A stretch of 64,000 nucleotides of DNA from Antedon mediterranea (Eukaryota; Animalia; Echinodermata), in NCBI RefSeq assembly GCF_964355755.1, contig NC_092673.1, positions 12,496,948 to 12,560,947 on the forward strand, read 5' to 3'. The notes below the pieces were generated by a model. That model worked only from the letters and a program-made list of their open reading frames with translations. It was not told the DNA's origin and ran no database searches. A program made the position numbers and the translations under genes. How positions within the stretch are numbered: the first letter of the stretch is position 1; every line of letters begins with the position of its first letter. Of this stretch, positions 62,397 to 64,000 are shown piece after piece.

Positions 62397-64000
62397 CCTA
62401 CGCCGCTGTCAAAAAGGTCGGGCAAACAGAAAGTTCTAACAGCCAGAATGAACATTTTGCACTTTTTTTTTTCAGGAAGCACACGTAAACAAATGGGAGA
62501 ACACAATTGAAGACAATAATGGCCAGTTAAGTTGGCTACAAGACGAAATGGAATTAAACAAATGAAATATCACTACTTCAGTGGCATAAAATTCTCCTGT
62601 TCTACTATACACTAACCAATACGGTAATTCGCAAATGTATACGTATTTTTTTTAGGATGCACAACAACAAAATGGGAACACCATAATAACTAATAAAGAC
62701 ATTGATGAACAGGTAATGTCAGCTACAAAATATTAAAATCCAACTTATTTTCTAGGTTTAGCCTGCCTTTCAATCCAAGGCTACATTAATTACTAATTTC
62801 ATTGTACACTTTTTATTATTATTGGGGAGAAAAATAATATATTTTGTGATAAAAATAAAACAATACTTAACTGAGTTTGTCTACTCCCCAGGATGACTAC
62901 ACTATAGTACCTTTGAATTAAGCTTTCCCGACCTCAAAAAGGTTATCTATATAGCTTGGCGTGCAAGGCCTTCGCTCCCGTTGGGAATCAGGCTTCTCCG
63001 TCAGGCTATTCCTCACGCACACACTACAGAAAATATAAAATATTTATTATGTTATAAATCCATGCTGATGCACTGTACTTAAATTTTTTTTCAACGTAGA
63101 TTGATGATATTTCGGCATACCTTTTGCAAGTGATGGCAGAGAATGTGCCTGATGCAAAGGAAGTAAAACCATTACTCTAAAAAATGATACAAAATAAAAA
63201 TCTACACGCATTATATTATAATGATTATAAATGAAACATAAGCTGGGTTAAATGAATTACTCATTAGCAATTTACAAACTAATGTATACAGTATTTCTTT
63301 CTGAAGAAAACGGCACCAAAATTATTTCGGTAATCCAGAAAGATTTCTTCTGAACGTAGAACGAGACCGATTGGGGTTTGGATCAACGTTCATAGATGAT
63401 GAAGTAAGTGAACATAATATTTTCAGGAAAAGCAATTAAACAATTTAATGCATTGTGATGTGATATGTCCCGACGTTTAAATAATTTTTATATTTCTCTG
63501 TTTTACATATAGGGTCTCTATCACTTAATGGTATAATTAAACAACAAAATGACATACAACACGTGGCAAGACCCAAGGTAGAAAAAATATGAGGCAAAAG
63601 CATGATAAGCAAGCAGCATTTTTTGTAAGAAATATTTCTTGTTCACTTTTTCTTTTATAGAAATACCAGCAATTATATGCGATGCGAAAGAAGGCATTAT
63701 TTATCTTGTCCAAAAAAATGTGGATGCGGCCTGTAGAGCCACAGAATTCAGTCGCCGGGAATTCATCAGATCGCATAAGGCATGGAATCGTCAATTTCCT
63801 TTAAACTTACGAATGTTGAGTCTTCCGGTTGATCTGGTTTTTTTTTAATTACATTATTTTTTTGTAAATACTTTTTTCAACAAATTTTTGGTCAAAGGTA
63901 ATAGCTATCATGTGACATTCATATCATAGTGTAGGCCACTATGTAATTTCGTGTCATTTTTTTGTTAAAAGCAAAATTCCAGCTGATTTAGTGTCTTTAG

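Larger units (their letters stand above)
58283..62400 (+). pseudogene. Ginger1-like (GIN-related) intron-containing integrase/transposase with a C-terminal OTU domain; ends not found
   Basis: HHCC relic (LKEVH, RFYW, CHSCQK), WGIDLFGP, IITDQGKEFNN, AYHPQTNGQDER, SPYLLMFGRE and PKWIGPF (GPY/F), split by GT-AG introns; no RT or LTR. Confidence 0.82.

Noticed and set aside
62952-63008. tagcttg...caggcta mini-element
   Set aside because: Short imperfect inverted ends and no TSD.

Overview
AT-rich eukaryotic DNA, almost certainly an invertebrate animal (spliceosomal GT-AG introns; no operons, rRNA or CRISPR). The window is a dense nest of transposable elements. In order: the 3' end of an Academ (XPG-like + Cys-rich) transposon; an intact-looking 5-exon OB-fold/RPA-like gene that the ORF track misses, followed by an ~84-bp satellite ending in a fold-back palindrome; several MITEs; a Helentron PIF1-helicase/AP-endonuclease fragment with terminal hairpins; a tandem Penelope-like retroelement with two variant hammerhead ribozymes; a Kolobok (THAP-transposase + KolX) containing a Tc1/pogo-type element that contains a Zator; a Gypsy LTR element split by a CR1/L2-group LINE; a Tudor-like gene convergent on a Tc1-like transposase; a hAT with a 5-bp TSD carrying three nested insertions; and an intron-containing Ginger1-like integrase with an OTU domain and a 7x60-bp amplification of its first catalytic motif. 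Most interesting: the hidden OB-fold gene, the hammerhead overlapping the Penelope start codons, and 6-bp TA-NNNN-TA insertions that look like excision footprints. All family assignments are from motif recognition by eye, not database searches.
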